This document shows positions 17,719 through 26,182 of a stretch of 55,717 nt of DNA, in pieces (the stretch's first letter is position 1; each line of letters begins with the position of its first letter). The notes beneath the pieces were generated by a model. That model was not told where the DNA came from. It ran no database searches and worked only from the letters and a program-made list of their open reading frames with translations. Source of the DNA: a bacterium (GTDB taxonomy: Bacteria; Patescibacteriota; Patescibacteriia; Patescibacteriales; UBA12465). A program made the translations under genes and the position numbers. Location of the stretch: contig DAONEH010000004.1 in NCBI GenBank assembly GCA_035402985.1, positions 1 through 55,717 of the forward strand, given 5' to 3'.

Positions 17719-18495
17719 ATGGAAAAAATAAAAAAAACAATAACTAAGAAGAAAAATAATGATAAGAAATTTAATATTATTTTAATTTCTCTTTCCATTG
17801 TTTTGTTTTTAGTTTTAATTTTATTATTGTCTTGGTTAAAAGTTTCTTTGTATTCGGCTAAAGATAAAGTGGCTACTGAAGTAGTAAATAATTATACTAA
17901 TAGTTCTACTATTGAAACTATTGATCCTCTAGTTTCGGAAAAAAATTTAATTGCCGAAGATTTAGTAAGCCCGATTGATACGGGGCTTGATCCAAGTTTA
18001 GGTAGTGAAGAAGCTGATGTTACTATTTTCTATTTTAGTGATTATGCTTGTTCCTATTGTTTTGAACAAGGAGAAATTATTAAAAAAATTTATGATAAAT
18101 TTAAACAAGATGTGCGTATAATATGGAAGGATTATCCCGATTTATCTTCTGTAAAAACTTTTTCTTATCAAGCTGCTAAAGCTGCTCGTTGTGCTAATAA
18201 TCAAGGAAAATTTTGGGATTATAATGAATTATTATATCAAAAACAAGCTAGTTTTTCTGAATTAAAGGGTCAATTATTTTTAAATTTAGCTGACCAGGTA
18301 AAATTAGATGTAACTACTTTTAATAATTGTTTAACTTCTAGTGCTGTAAATAATGATATTATAGAAAATGTGTCTGAGGCGGAAAGTTTGGGTATTGTTG
18401 GTATTCCCTATATCTATATTAATGATCAAGGTGTTTTAGGTAGTATTAGTGAAGAAGAATTAGAAGATATGGTGGAAACAGAGCTAGCTAAATAA
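17719..18495 (+). CDS. Membrane-anchored DsbA-family thioredoxin-fold thiol:disulfide oxidoreductase
   Basis: N-terminal TM, then the CxxC active site in YFSDYACSYCFEQ and a DsbA-like C-terminus (GIVGIPYIYIN). Confidence 0.75.
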   Translation: MEKIKKTITKKKNNDKKFNIILISLSIVLFLVLILLLSWLKVSLYSAKDKVATEVVNNYTNSSTIETIDPLVSEKNLIAEDLVSPIDTGLDPSLGSEEADVTIFYFSDYACSYCFEQGEIIKKIYDKFKQDVRIIWKDYPDLSSVKTFSYQAAKAARCANNQGKFWDYNELLYQKQASFSELKGQLFLNLADQVKLDVTTFNNCLTSSAVNNDIIENVSEAESLGIVGIPYIYINDQGVLGSISEEELEDMVETELAK

Positions 18496-18497
18496 TT

Positions 18498-19901
18498 TTG
18501 TCTATGGCTGAAAAAATAAAAACAATATACGAGTGTCAGAATTGTGGCGCCCAATTTCCTAAATGGAGTGGGCGTTGTTTGGAATGTGGACAATGGGGAA
18601 CTTTGAAAGAAGATCTTAAAGATGATAAAAAAATAGCTAATCAAACTATAACTAAAATAATTTCATCAGAAGTTGTTGATTTAAGTACAATTAAAAATAT
18701 TGAAGCTATCCGTTTAGAATCAGGTATTTCTGAAATTGATCGAGTTTTAGGTGGAGGTTTAATTTCAGGATCAGTTATTCTTTTAAGTGGTGAACCAGGA
18801 GTTGGTAAGTCTACTATCTTAGCTCAATTATCAAATTTTTTAATAAATAATAATAAATCATTAAAGGAAGCTTTATATATTTCGGGAGAAGAATCAGCTG
18901 GGCAAGTTAAATTACGTTTAGAACGATTAAATTGTAATTTAAATAATTTTAAGTTTATTAGTGAAACTAATTTAGAAAAGATTATTTCATCGGCTATTAA
19001 AGAAAAACCATCAATGTTAATAGTTGACTCTATCCAAACCATTTATTCAGCTATGGTTTTGGGTGAAGCTGGTGGTATTAGCCAAATTAGAACCGTAGCT
19101 GTAAAATTTATGGAATTAGCTAAGAAATATAATATCCCGGTATTTTTAATTGGTCATATTACTAAAGATGGACAAGTCGCTGGACCTAAATCCTTAGAGC
19201 ATATCGTTGATGTGGTCTTGTATTTAGAAAATGATGGTCGTGGTGGCCATTGCGTACTAAGATCAATAAAAAATCGTTTTGGTAGTGTTAATGAAATTGG
19301 AATTTTAGAAATGACCGGAAGTGGTTTTGTGGAAGTAAAGAACCCTAGTGCTTCTTTTTTGGAAGGTGACTTGTCTTTATCTTTTCCTGGTTCAATTTTT
19401 TCTTGTGTAATTGAGGGTCATCGTCCTTTTTTAATAAATATTCAAGCTTTAGTTAGTCATACAGTTTTTGGTTATCCTCAACGGAAAGCTTCTGGTTTTG
19501 ATTTAAATCGTTTACAAGTTTTATCAGCGGTAATATCAAAAAAACAAAAATTAAATTTAACTAATCAAGATATTATTTTAAATATTGTTGGTGGTTTTAA
19601 AACTAATGATCCAGCCTTAGATTTAGCTGTAGCCTTAGCTATTACTTCTTCTTTTTTAAATAAGAAATTAAATAATAGGACAGCTGTTTTAGGAGAATTA
19701 GGTTTAGGTGGGGAGCTTCGTTTGGTATCATATTTAGATATGCGACTTCGTGAAATAGAAAAAATGGGCTTTACCACAGTAATTTTAGGTGATTTAATTA
19801 ATGATACTGATAAAAAAAGAATTAAAACTAATTTTAAAAAATTAAACTTTATTTTTGTAAATAATTTATCGGAAGCCATCAAGGTTTTTGGCGGTAAGTA
19901 G
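18498..19901 (+). CDS. radA: DNA repair protein RadA/Sms
   Basis: Zn-finger YECQNCGAQFPKWSGRCLECGQWGTL, Walker A GEPGVGKST, KNRFG motif (IKNRFGSVNE) and a Lon-like C-terminal domain. The likely start is ATG 18504. Confidence 0.9.
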   Translation: MSMAEKIKTIYECQNCGAQFPKWSGRCLECGQWGTLKEDLKDDKKIANQTITKIISSEVVDLSTIKNIEAIRLESGISEIDRVLGGGLISGSVILLSGEPGVGKSTILAQLSNFLINNNKSLKEALYISGEESAGQVKLRLERLNCNLNNFKFISETNLEKIISSAIKEKPSMLIVDSIQTIYSAMVLGEAGGISQIRTVAVKFMELAKKYNIPVFLIGHITKDGQVAGPKSLEHIVDVVLYLENDGRGGHCVLRSIKNRFGSVNEIGILEMTGSGFVEVKNPSASFLEGDLSLSFPGSIFSCVIEGHRPFLINIQALVSHTVFGYPQRKASGFDLNRLQVLSAVISKKQKLNLTNQDIILNIVGGFKTNDPALDLAVALAITSSFLNKKLNNRTAVLGELGLGGELRLVSYLDMRLREIEKMGFTTVILGDLINDTDKKRIKTNFKKLNFIFVNNLSEAIKVFGGK

Positions 19902-19913
19902 TATAAAAAAAGA

Positions 19914-19938
19914 GACGGAAATTTTTTCCGCCTTTTTT
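19914..19938. terminator. Bidirectional intrinsic terminator between radA (+) and the 72-aa gene (-)
   Basis: CGGAAA (19916-19921), TTT loop, TTTCCG (19925-19930). Flanked by an A-run (19905-19911) and a T-run (19933-19938). Confidence 0.55.
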
Positions 19939-19940
19939 GA

Positions 19941-20159
19941 TTAATTTAATTCTAATGTGTTAATGTGGTTTATTAAAATAATTTTTTTTGTAAAATTTGA
20001 GACATCGTCTCTAAATGTTAGTTTTTTGTAGGGGGCCCTGATAGTTGCGCCCTCTTTTTTGCTGGTTATTAGAACTGTCCAGCGATCTTTAACGTCATGT
20101 TTAAAATGATATTTAAACACAAATTCTTTTTTCTTGTAAAGAACAATTAATTCATCCAT
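19941..20159 (-). CDS. Small basic hypothetical protein (72 aa)
   Basis: The only ORF in a 440-bp gap. It has its own near-consensus promoter and a terminator. Translation: MDELIVLYKKKEFVFKYHFKHDVKDRWTVLITSKKEGATIRAPYKKLTFRDD... Confidence 0.5.
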   Translation of the reverse strand: MDELIVLYKKKEFVFKYHFKHDVKDRWTVLITSKKEGATIRAPYKKLTFRDDVSNFTKKIILINHINTLELN

Positions 20160-20198
20160 GTTTGTTTTATTTTGTTAATATGTATTTTTAGTGTTTTC

Positions 20199-20227
20199 AA
20201 TATATACCACCTATTTTTCTATGTCAA
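20199..20227 (-). promoter_or_regulatory. Sigma-70-like promoter for the 72-aa gene
   Basis: On the minus strand: TTGACA (complement of 20222-20227), 17-bp spacer, TATATT (complement of 20199-20204). Confidence 0.5.
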
Positions 20228-20261
20228 GATAAAAATATTAATAATGGTTTATTTAAACCTC

Positions 20262-20290
20262 TTGACCGATTTTAAATTATAAATTATACT
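20262..20290 (+). promoter_or_regulatory. Sigma-70-like promoter of clpB
   Basis: TTGACC (20262-20267), 17-bp spacer, TATACT (20285-20290). Confidence 0.55.
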
Positions 20291-20319
20291 ATTAGCAGTC
20301 AGCTTGTTTGACTGCTAAT
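20291..20319 (+). promoter_or_regulatory. CIRCE-like inverted repeat (candidate HrcA operator) overlapping the clpB transcription start
   Basis: TTAGCAGTC-N9-GACTGCTAA (20292-20300 / 20310-20318) is a perfect 9-bp inverted repeat with a 9-nt spacer. CIRCE consensus is TTAGCACTC-N9-GAGTGCTAA, so it differs by one symmetric C/G swap per arm. Confidence 0.6.
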
Positions 20320-20342
20320 TTCTAATTATACTATATAATCAT

Positions 20343-22979
20343 ATGTTTAATAAATTTACTAATAAATCTCAAGAAACTATTATTAATTCTCAAATTATTG
20401 CGTCTGATTTTGGTCAGCGCTATATTGAAGGTTTACATCTATTATTAGCTTTAATTCAACAAAGTGAAAGCTTGGTTAGAGTAGTTTTTGATAAATTAAA
20501 AGTTGATCCTGAATTAATCGAAAATTTTGCTATTAATGAAATTAAAAAATTACCTAAAGTAAAAACCGATGGGGTAAATTTTGAATCAGTCCAAGCTGTT
20601 CAAGGTACCGGAGAAGTAGCCGCTATTTTTGAACGATCACAAAAAGAAGCTGATCGTATGGGAGATGAATATATTTCTACTGAACATATTTTTTTAGCTT
20701 TAATTGGCGTTAAGAGTCCCGCCCAAAATGTATTATTAAATTTTAGAATTGAATATCAAACAGTGCTCGAAATTTTAAAAGAACTTCGAGGTACTCAAAG
20801 AATAACTGATCCTGAACCTGAGAGTAAATTTCGTACTTTAGAAAAATATACTGTTAATTTAACAGAATTAGCTCGACAAAAAAAACTTGATCCGGTTATT
20901 GGTCGAGATACTGAAATTCGTCGTATTATTCAAGTATTATTACGTCGTACTAAGAATAATCCAGTATTGATTGGTGAGGCCGGTACGGGTAAAACTGCTA
21001 TTGTGGAAGGTTTGGCTCAAAGAATTGTTAGTGGTGATGTTCCCGAAATGCTTAAAAACAAAGAAGTAGTGTCTTTAGATTTAGGATCATTAATTGCGGG
21101 AGCTAAATTTCGTGGTGAGTTTGAAGATCGTCTAAAATCAGTTTTAAAAACTATTAAATCACAAGAAGGTAAAATAATTTTATTCATTGATGAATTACAT
21201 ACTTTAGTGGGAGCTGGAGCCAGTGAAGGATCAATGGATGCTTCTAATATGTTAAAGCCATCTTTAGCTCGAGGTGAACTTAGTGCTATTGGAGCTACCA
21301 CTACTAAAGAATATCAAAAATATATTGAAAAAGATTCTGCTTTAGAGCGACGTTTTCAACCAATTTATGTAGCTGAACCAAGTATTGAAGATACTATTTC
21401 AATCCTACGAGGTATTAAAGAAAAATATGAAATTCATCATGGAGTTAGAATTACTGATAAAGCTTTAGTTTCAGCCGTTAAATTATCTAGCCGCTATATT
21501 TCGGATCGATTTTTACCTGATAAAGCAGTTGATTTAATGGATGAAGCTACTTCTGCTTTAAGAATGGAGATTGATTCGATGCCGGAAGATTTAGATAATA
21601 TGAAACGAACCATTAAACATTTAGAAATTGAAAAAGCTAGTTTAATTAGTGATAATAATCCTGGTAAAAAGAATAAATTGAATAAAGAATTAGAAGAGTT
21701 AAAAGAAAAAGCTAATCAATTGGAAATACATTGGACTAATGAAAAAGAAATAATTTCTAAAATTAGAGAATCAAAAAAGAAAATTGATGATTTAAAAATA
21801 GAGGCTGATATTATCGAACGTCATGGTGATGATTTAACTAAGGTAGCTGAAATTAGATATTCTTTGATTCCACAATTAGAAAAAGAAGTTAATAAAAAAC
21901 AAGAAGAACTAGTTAAAATTCAAAAGAAGGGACAACATATTTTAAAAGAAGAAGTAGATGAAGAAGATATTGCTAAAGTAGTAGCTCGTTGGACCGGAAT
22001 TCCAGTTAATAAAATGCTGGAAGGTGATATTGAAAAATTAACTCGAACTGAAGAAGAATTAAAAAAATCAGTTATTGGTCAAGACGAGGCTATTTTAGCT
22101 GTGGCTAATGCTATTCGTCGTAGCCGAGCTGGAATAAACGAAGAAAAACGACCTATTGGTTCTTTTCTATTTGTTGGTCCAACGGGTGTTGGTAAAACGG
22201 AATTAGCTAAAACTATAGCTAAATTTATATTTAATGATGAAAACGCTTTAGTTAGATTAGATATGAGTGAATTTATGGAACGTCATAGTGTGGCTAAATT
22301 AATTGGTTCACCTCCAGGCTATATTGGTTATGATGAGGGTGGACAATTAACTGATAAAATTCGTCGTCGTCCCTATAGTGTGATCTTATTTGATGAAATT
22401 GAAAAAGCTCATCCGGAAACTTTTAATATTCTATTACAAATTTTAGATGATGGCGTCTTAACTGATTCTAAAGGACGTAAAGTAAATTTTAAAAATACTA
22501 TTATTATTATGACTTCTAATTTAGGTAATGAAGTTATCAGACAATATTCTATTGGTTTTGGCTCAGGAGAAAATGATGAACAAAATGAAAAGAATCGTCA
22601 AGATGAAATGAAAGAAAAAATTGAAAGTATTTTACGTGAGTATTTTAAATTAGAATTTTTAAATCGAATTGATGAAGTAGTAATTTTTAAAAATTTAAGT
22701 CGTGAATCTTTAGAAAAGATAGTTGATTTAGAATTATCTAAGGTTGAGCAAAGATTAAAGAATAAAAATATTTCTATAAAAATTAGTAATAAGGTCAAAA
22801 AGCATTTAGCTGAAAAGGGCTATGATGAGACTTTTGGGGCTCGACCTTTGAAACGAATTATACAAAGCATGATTTTAGATGAATTAGCTTTAAACATTAT
22901 TGAAGGTAAGGTTAAGGACGGAGATAAGGTGTCGCTGGATATTGGTGCTTACGAAAAAGTTCTCATTTCGATAAAATAA
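20343..22979 (+). CDS. clpB: ClpB-type AAA+ disaggregase (two NBDs, full-length M-domain) carrying a ClpC-like IGF loop in NBD2
   Basis: Clp_N repeats. NBD1 has [18 protein letters not shown] and [14 protein letters not shown]. The ~140-aa coiled-coil M-domain runs from [10 protein letters not shown] to [18 protein letters not shown]2 has [23 protein letters not shown] and GARPLKR. Confidence 0.9.
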   Translation: MFNKFTNKSQETIINSQIIASDFGQRYIEGLHLLLALIQQSESLVRVVFDKLKVDPELIENFAINEIKKLPKVKTDGVNFESVQAVQGTGEVAAIFERSQKEADRMGDEYISTEHIFLALIGVKSPAQNVLLNFRIEYQTVLEILKELRGTQRITDPEPESKFRTLEKYTVNLTELARQKKLDPVIGRDTEIRRIIQVLLRRTKNNPVLIGEAGTGKTAIVEGLAQRIVSGDVPEMLKNKEVVSLDLGSLIAGAKFRGEFEDRLKSVLKTIKSQEGKIILFIDELHTLVGAGASEGSMDASNMLKPSLARGELSAIGATTTKEYQKYIEKDSALERRFQPIYVAEPSIEDTISILRGIKEKYEIHHGVRITDKALVSAVKLSSRYISDRFLPDKAVDLMDEATSALRMEIDSMPEDLDNMKRTIKHLEIEKASLISDNNPGKKNKLNKELEELKEKANQLEIHWTNEKEIISKIRESKKKIDDLKIEADIIERHGDDLTKVAEIRYSLIPQLEKEVNKKQEELVKIQKKGQHILKEEVDEEDIAKVVARWTGIPVNKMLEGDIEKLTRTEEELKKSVIGQDEAILAVANAIRRSRAGINEEKRPIGSFLFVGPTGVGKTELAKTIAKFIFNDENALVRLDMSEFMERHSVAKLIGSPPGYIGYDEGGQLTDKIRRRPYSVILFDEIEKAHPETFNILLQILDDGVLTDSKGRKVNFKNTIIIMTSNLGNEVIRQYSIGFGSGENDEQNEKNRQDEMKEKIESILREYFKLEFLNRIDEVVIFKNLSRESLEKIVDLELSKVEQRLKNKNISIKISNKVKKHLAEKGYDETFGARPLKRIIQSMILDELALNIIEGKVKDGDKVSLDIGAYEKVLISIK

Positions 22980-22992
22980 ATATATATTAAAA

Positions 22993-23017
22993 ATAGGGCT
23001 TAAGTAGCCCTATTTTT
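22993..23017 (+). terminator. Rho-independent terminator after clpB
   Basis: ATAGGGCT (22993-23000), TAAGT loop, AGCCCTAT (23006-23013), then a T-run. Confidence 0.75.
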
Positions 23018-23093
23018 GTTGGTCAAATCAATACTAAATAGGTGGAAAAACTTTGCCAAAAGGCTTTTAATTTGCTATTATTAAAGTAATATT

Positions 23094-23456
23094 ATGAATA
23101 ATAATTTTTTATTTTATTTAGGTAAAATTTCACTCCAAGTATTATTGGATATTATTTATTTTCCTCTTTGGTGGTATAGTGTTGGTTTTTTTAGAATTTT
23201 AAAGAATTTAGCTATTTTCTTAAAAGAACGGTGGTTAGTTATTGGAACTGGAGTTTGGTTAAAAAACATATTTGTTCCTATGTATGGTCAAACTGATTTT
23301 GCTAGTCGAGCGATAAGTTTTTTTATTCGATTAATCCAAATAATCTGTCGTTTTTTTGTCTATATATTCTTTGTACTAATGTCAATTATTGCTATGGTAT
23401 TATGGTTAGTTTTACCGATATTAATTATTATTTTAATTTTCAAAAGAATTTTCTAA
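23094..23456 (+). CDS. Small integral membrane protein (120 aa)
   Basis: Three or four hydrophobic helices. Its stop lies 3 nt before the start of the membrane-anchored Clp paralog, so co-transcription is likely. Confidence 0.55.
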   Translation: MNNNFLFYLGKISLQVLLDIIYFPLWWYSVGFFRILKNLAIFLKERWLVIGTGVWLKNIFVPMYGQTDFASRAISFFIRLIQIICRFFVYIFFVLMSIIAMVLWLVLPILIIILIFKRIF

Positions 23457-23459
23457 TTT

Positions 23460-26165
23460 ATGAAGAATAATCTTTTAGAACCAATTAATTTTAATGACAA
23501 TGATTTTATAAAAATGCCTAAGAATAAAATTGGGGTTGTTTTTTTAAATCATTTATTATATTTTTCATCCACTCCTAAAAGATCTTTAATAATGCTTCGT
23601 CGTTTAAAGAAAAAGGTTGATAAGATTATTAATATCATTGCTTATTTAATTGGACTAGTTGGTTTATTATCATTAATTTTTTGGATTTATATAAACATTG
23701 AATCAATAAATTATGATCCTATTAGTTTGTTATATTTTTACAAAAGTGATCATTTTTTAATTTCAATTTTTTTAATATCAGTATTAGCTGATATGTTTAT
23801 TGTTTATCGTTTTAGTGAAGATAAAGCATCACTAAAAAAAATTAAAATTATCAAAGAAATTAAGAAGCCTATAAATGATTATAAAAAGATGCCTAAATTA
23901 GATATGGCTTTAACATTAAACGAAGAAATGTTAACTATTTTAGAAAACTCTTATTTACTAGCTAATAAATTAAAACAAAAACAAGTTAGTACTATCCATC
24001 TTTTTTGGTCACTATTATCATCTCCGGCTGTAAGTAATTTATTTATAAGATTAAATGTTGATATTAAAAAATTGATTGAATTATTAAAAAAATATTTAAC
24101 TGATGATGATAATTGTAATAATGAAAAAAGTAAATTAGTTTTATCAGATCATGTTCAAGAAGTTCTATTATCAGCTTTTGCTGATGCTTATGTTAGTAAG
24201 CAGGATAGTGTGGGAGTTTTAAATATTATATTATTTTGTTATCATAAAAATCCTGTTTTAAAGGAAATATTATATGAATTAGAAATTAGTCAGAATAAAA
24301 TAGAAAATACTGTTAAATGGTTTAGAATAAATCAACAAATGATATCTGATTATAAAATATTTAAGAAAATGGCTCGTTTAAAACCAGGTAATAATATGAA
24401 TAAATCCTATACCGCTATTGCCACACCAACTATTGATTATTTTTCTCGTGATATGACCGTAATGGCTAAGTATAATTATTATGAATCTTGCGTAGCTCGT
24501 GATAAAGAAATGCGTCAAATATTTGAAGCTTTAGAAGGTGGTCAAACTGGAGTTCTGTTAGTTGGTCATACTGGTGTTGGTAAAAGAACTATAATTGAAG
24601 GTTTAGCTCAATTAATGGTTAAAGAAGAAGTTCCGGCATTTTTAAAAGATAAAAGATTAGTTGAATTAGATACAGCTCGTTTAGTTAGTGGATCTTCAGC
24701 CGTAGCCGCTCAAGAAAAAATGTTGAATATTATAAACGAAATGCAGAGATCTAAAAATATTATTTTATACATTGAAAATATCGAAAATATTATGGGTATC
24801 TCTTCGGGTCAATCCGAGAGTTTAGAACTATCAGAAGTTTTAGCGGAAACTTTAAGTCGTCAGGGAATTTATTGTTTAGCTTCTATTAGTTCTGATAATT
24901 ATTCTAAGTATGTCGAAGGTCGAGCTTTAGCTAATGTTATGACCACTATAAAAGTAGATGAACCGGATTTTGATCGAGCTATTAATATGTTAGAAAGTAA
25001 AATTGCTTGGATTGAAAATAAATATGGAATTTATTTTGATTATAATTCTTTAGAAGAAGCGGTAAATTTATCCTCTCGTTATATTACTGATAAATTTTTG
25101 CCAGAAAAAGCAGTTAGTTTAATTAAATCAACTGCAGTAAAAAATTCTAAATTAGCTTTAACTAATCCGGCTAAAAAGATTTGTAATAAAAATGATATTG
25201 CCGAAGTAATTAGTGATTTAACTGGAATTTTAGTAACAAAAGTTACTGAATCAGAAGGAGAAAAATTAATGAATTTAGAAGAAAAAATTCATGAAAGAAT
25301 GATTGGACAAGAAGAAGCTGTTAGTGCCGTATCGGGTAGTTTACGTCGAGCTCGAGCGGAATTACGTGAGGGTAATCGTCCCATTGCTAGTTTTCTATTC
25401 TTAGGTCCTACGGGGGTTGGTAAAACTGAATTAGCTAAGTCAGTTTCGGAGGTATATTTTGGTGATGAAAAATATATGATTCGCCTTGATATGAGTGAAT
25501 ACCAATTAGCCAGTAGTGTCAATAAAATGATTGGTGATGTTGATGGTACTTTAGGTTATTTAACAGAAGCGGTTAGAAAAAAACCTTTTTCTTTAATTTT
25601 ATTTGATGAAATTGAAAAGGCTCATCCTGATATTTTAAATTTATTTTTACAAATTTTAGATGATGGACGTTTAACCGATGGTCAAGGACGAACTATTAAC
25701 TTTACTAACTCTATTATTATTGCTACTTCTAATGCTGGTTCCTTATTTATTCAAGAATCAGTAAAAAATAATATAGAATTACCAATTATAAAACAAGCTT
25801 TAATTGATGAACATTTAAATAAAGTAATGCGCCCCGAATTAATTAATCGTTTTGATGGTATTATTGTCTTTAAACCTTTAACCTTAGAAAATGTTTTATC
25901 AATTGCTAAATTAATGATTAAAAAAATTGAAAAGAATTTAGCTAAAAAAGGTATTGGTTTAGTATATGATGATGAAGGTTTATTAGTTTTAGCTAAGGCT
26001 GGTTATGATCCTAAATTTGGTGCTCGTCCACTTCGTCGTTTATTACAGGATAAAATTGAAAATGAAATTGCTAATTTAATTTTAACTAAAAAAGTAAATC
26101 GTCGTGATACTATTTTTATAAATGAAGCTGGACAAATTGAAGTAGAGGCCGGAAAAAAATTATAA
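23460..26165 (+). CDS. Membrane-anchored Clp/Hsp100-family AAA+ protein: 2 TM, Clp_N, degenerate NBD1, intact NBD2; no M-domain and no IGF loop
   Basis: TMs IINIIAYLIGLVGLLSLIFWIYI and FLISIFLISVLADMFIVY. Clp_N-like repeats follow. NBD1: GHTGVGKRT and IILYIENIENIMG. NBD2: [38 protein letters not shown]. Confidence 0.8.
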   Translation: MKNNLLEPINFNDNDFIKMPKNKIGVVFLNHLLYFSSTPKRSLIMLRRLKKKVDKIINIIAYLIGLVGLLSLIFWIYINIESINYDPISLLYFYKSDHFLISIFLISVLADMFIVYRFSEDKASLKKIKIIKEIKKPINDYKKMPKLDMALTLNEEMLTILENSYLLANKLKQKQVSTIHLFWSLLSSPAVSNLFIRLNVDIKKLIELLKKYLTDDDNCNNEKSKLVLSDHVQEVLLSAFADAYVSKQDSVGVLNIILFCYHKNPVLKEILYELEISQNKIENTVKWFRINQQMISDYKIFKKMARLKPGNNMNKSYTAIATPTIDYFSRDMTVMAKYNYYESCVARDKEMRQIFEALEGGQTGVLLVGHTGVGKRTIIEGLAQLMVKEEVPAFLKDKRLVELDTARLVSGSSAVAAQEKMLNIINEMQRSKNIILYIENIENIMGISSGQSESLELSEVLAETLSRQGIYCLASISSDNYSKYVEGRALANVMTTIKVDEPDFDRAINMLESKIAWIENKYGIYFDYNSLEEAVNLSSRYITDKFLPEKAVSLIKSTAVKNSKLALTNPAKKICNKNDIAEVISDLTGILVTKVTESEGEKLMNLEEKIHERMIGQEEAVSAVSGSLRRARAELREGNRPIASFLFLGPTGVGKTELAKSVSEVYFGDEKYMIRLDMSEYQLASSVNKMIGDVDGTLGYLTEAVRKKPFSLILFDEIEKAHPDILNLFLQILDDGRLTDGQGRTINFTNSIIIATSNAGSLFIQESVKNNIELPIIKQALIDEHLNKVMRPELINRFDGIIVFKPLTLENVLSIAKLMIKKIEKNLAKKGIGLVYDDEGLLVLAKAGYDPKFGARPLRRLLQDKIENEIANLILTKKVNRRDTIFINEAGQIEVEAGKKL

Positions 26166-26182
26166 TTTTTGTTTTTTAATCT

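Noticed and set aside
4355-18495. Calling the cassette, AbiE pair and T4SS-like block an integrative conjugative element or prophage.
   Set aside because: No integrase, recombinase, relaxase, coupling protein, phage structural gene or tRNA-adjacent att site is visible in the window. Only the 80-bp repeats around the small cassette are demonstrable.
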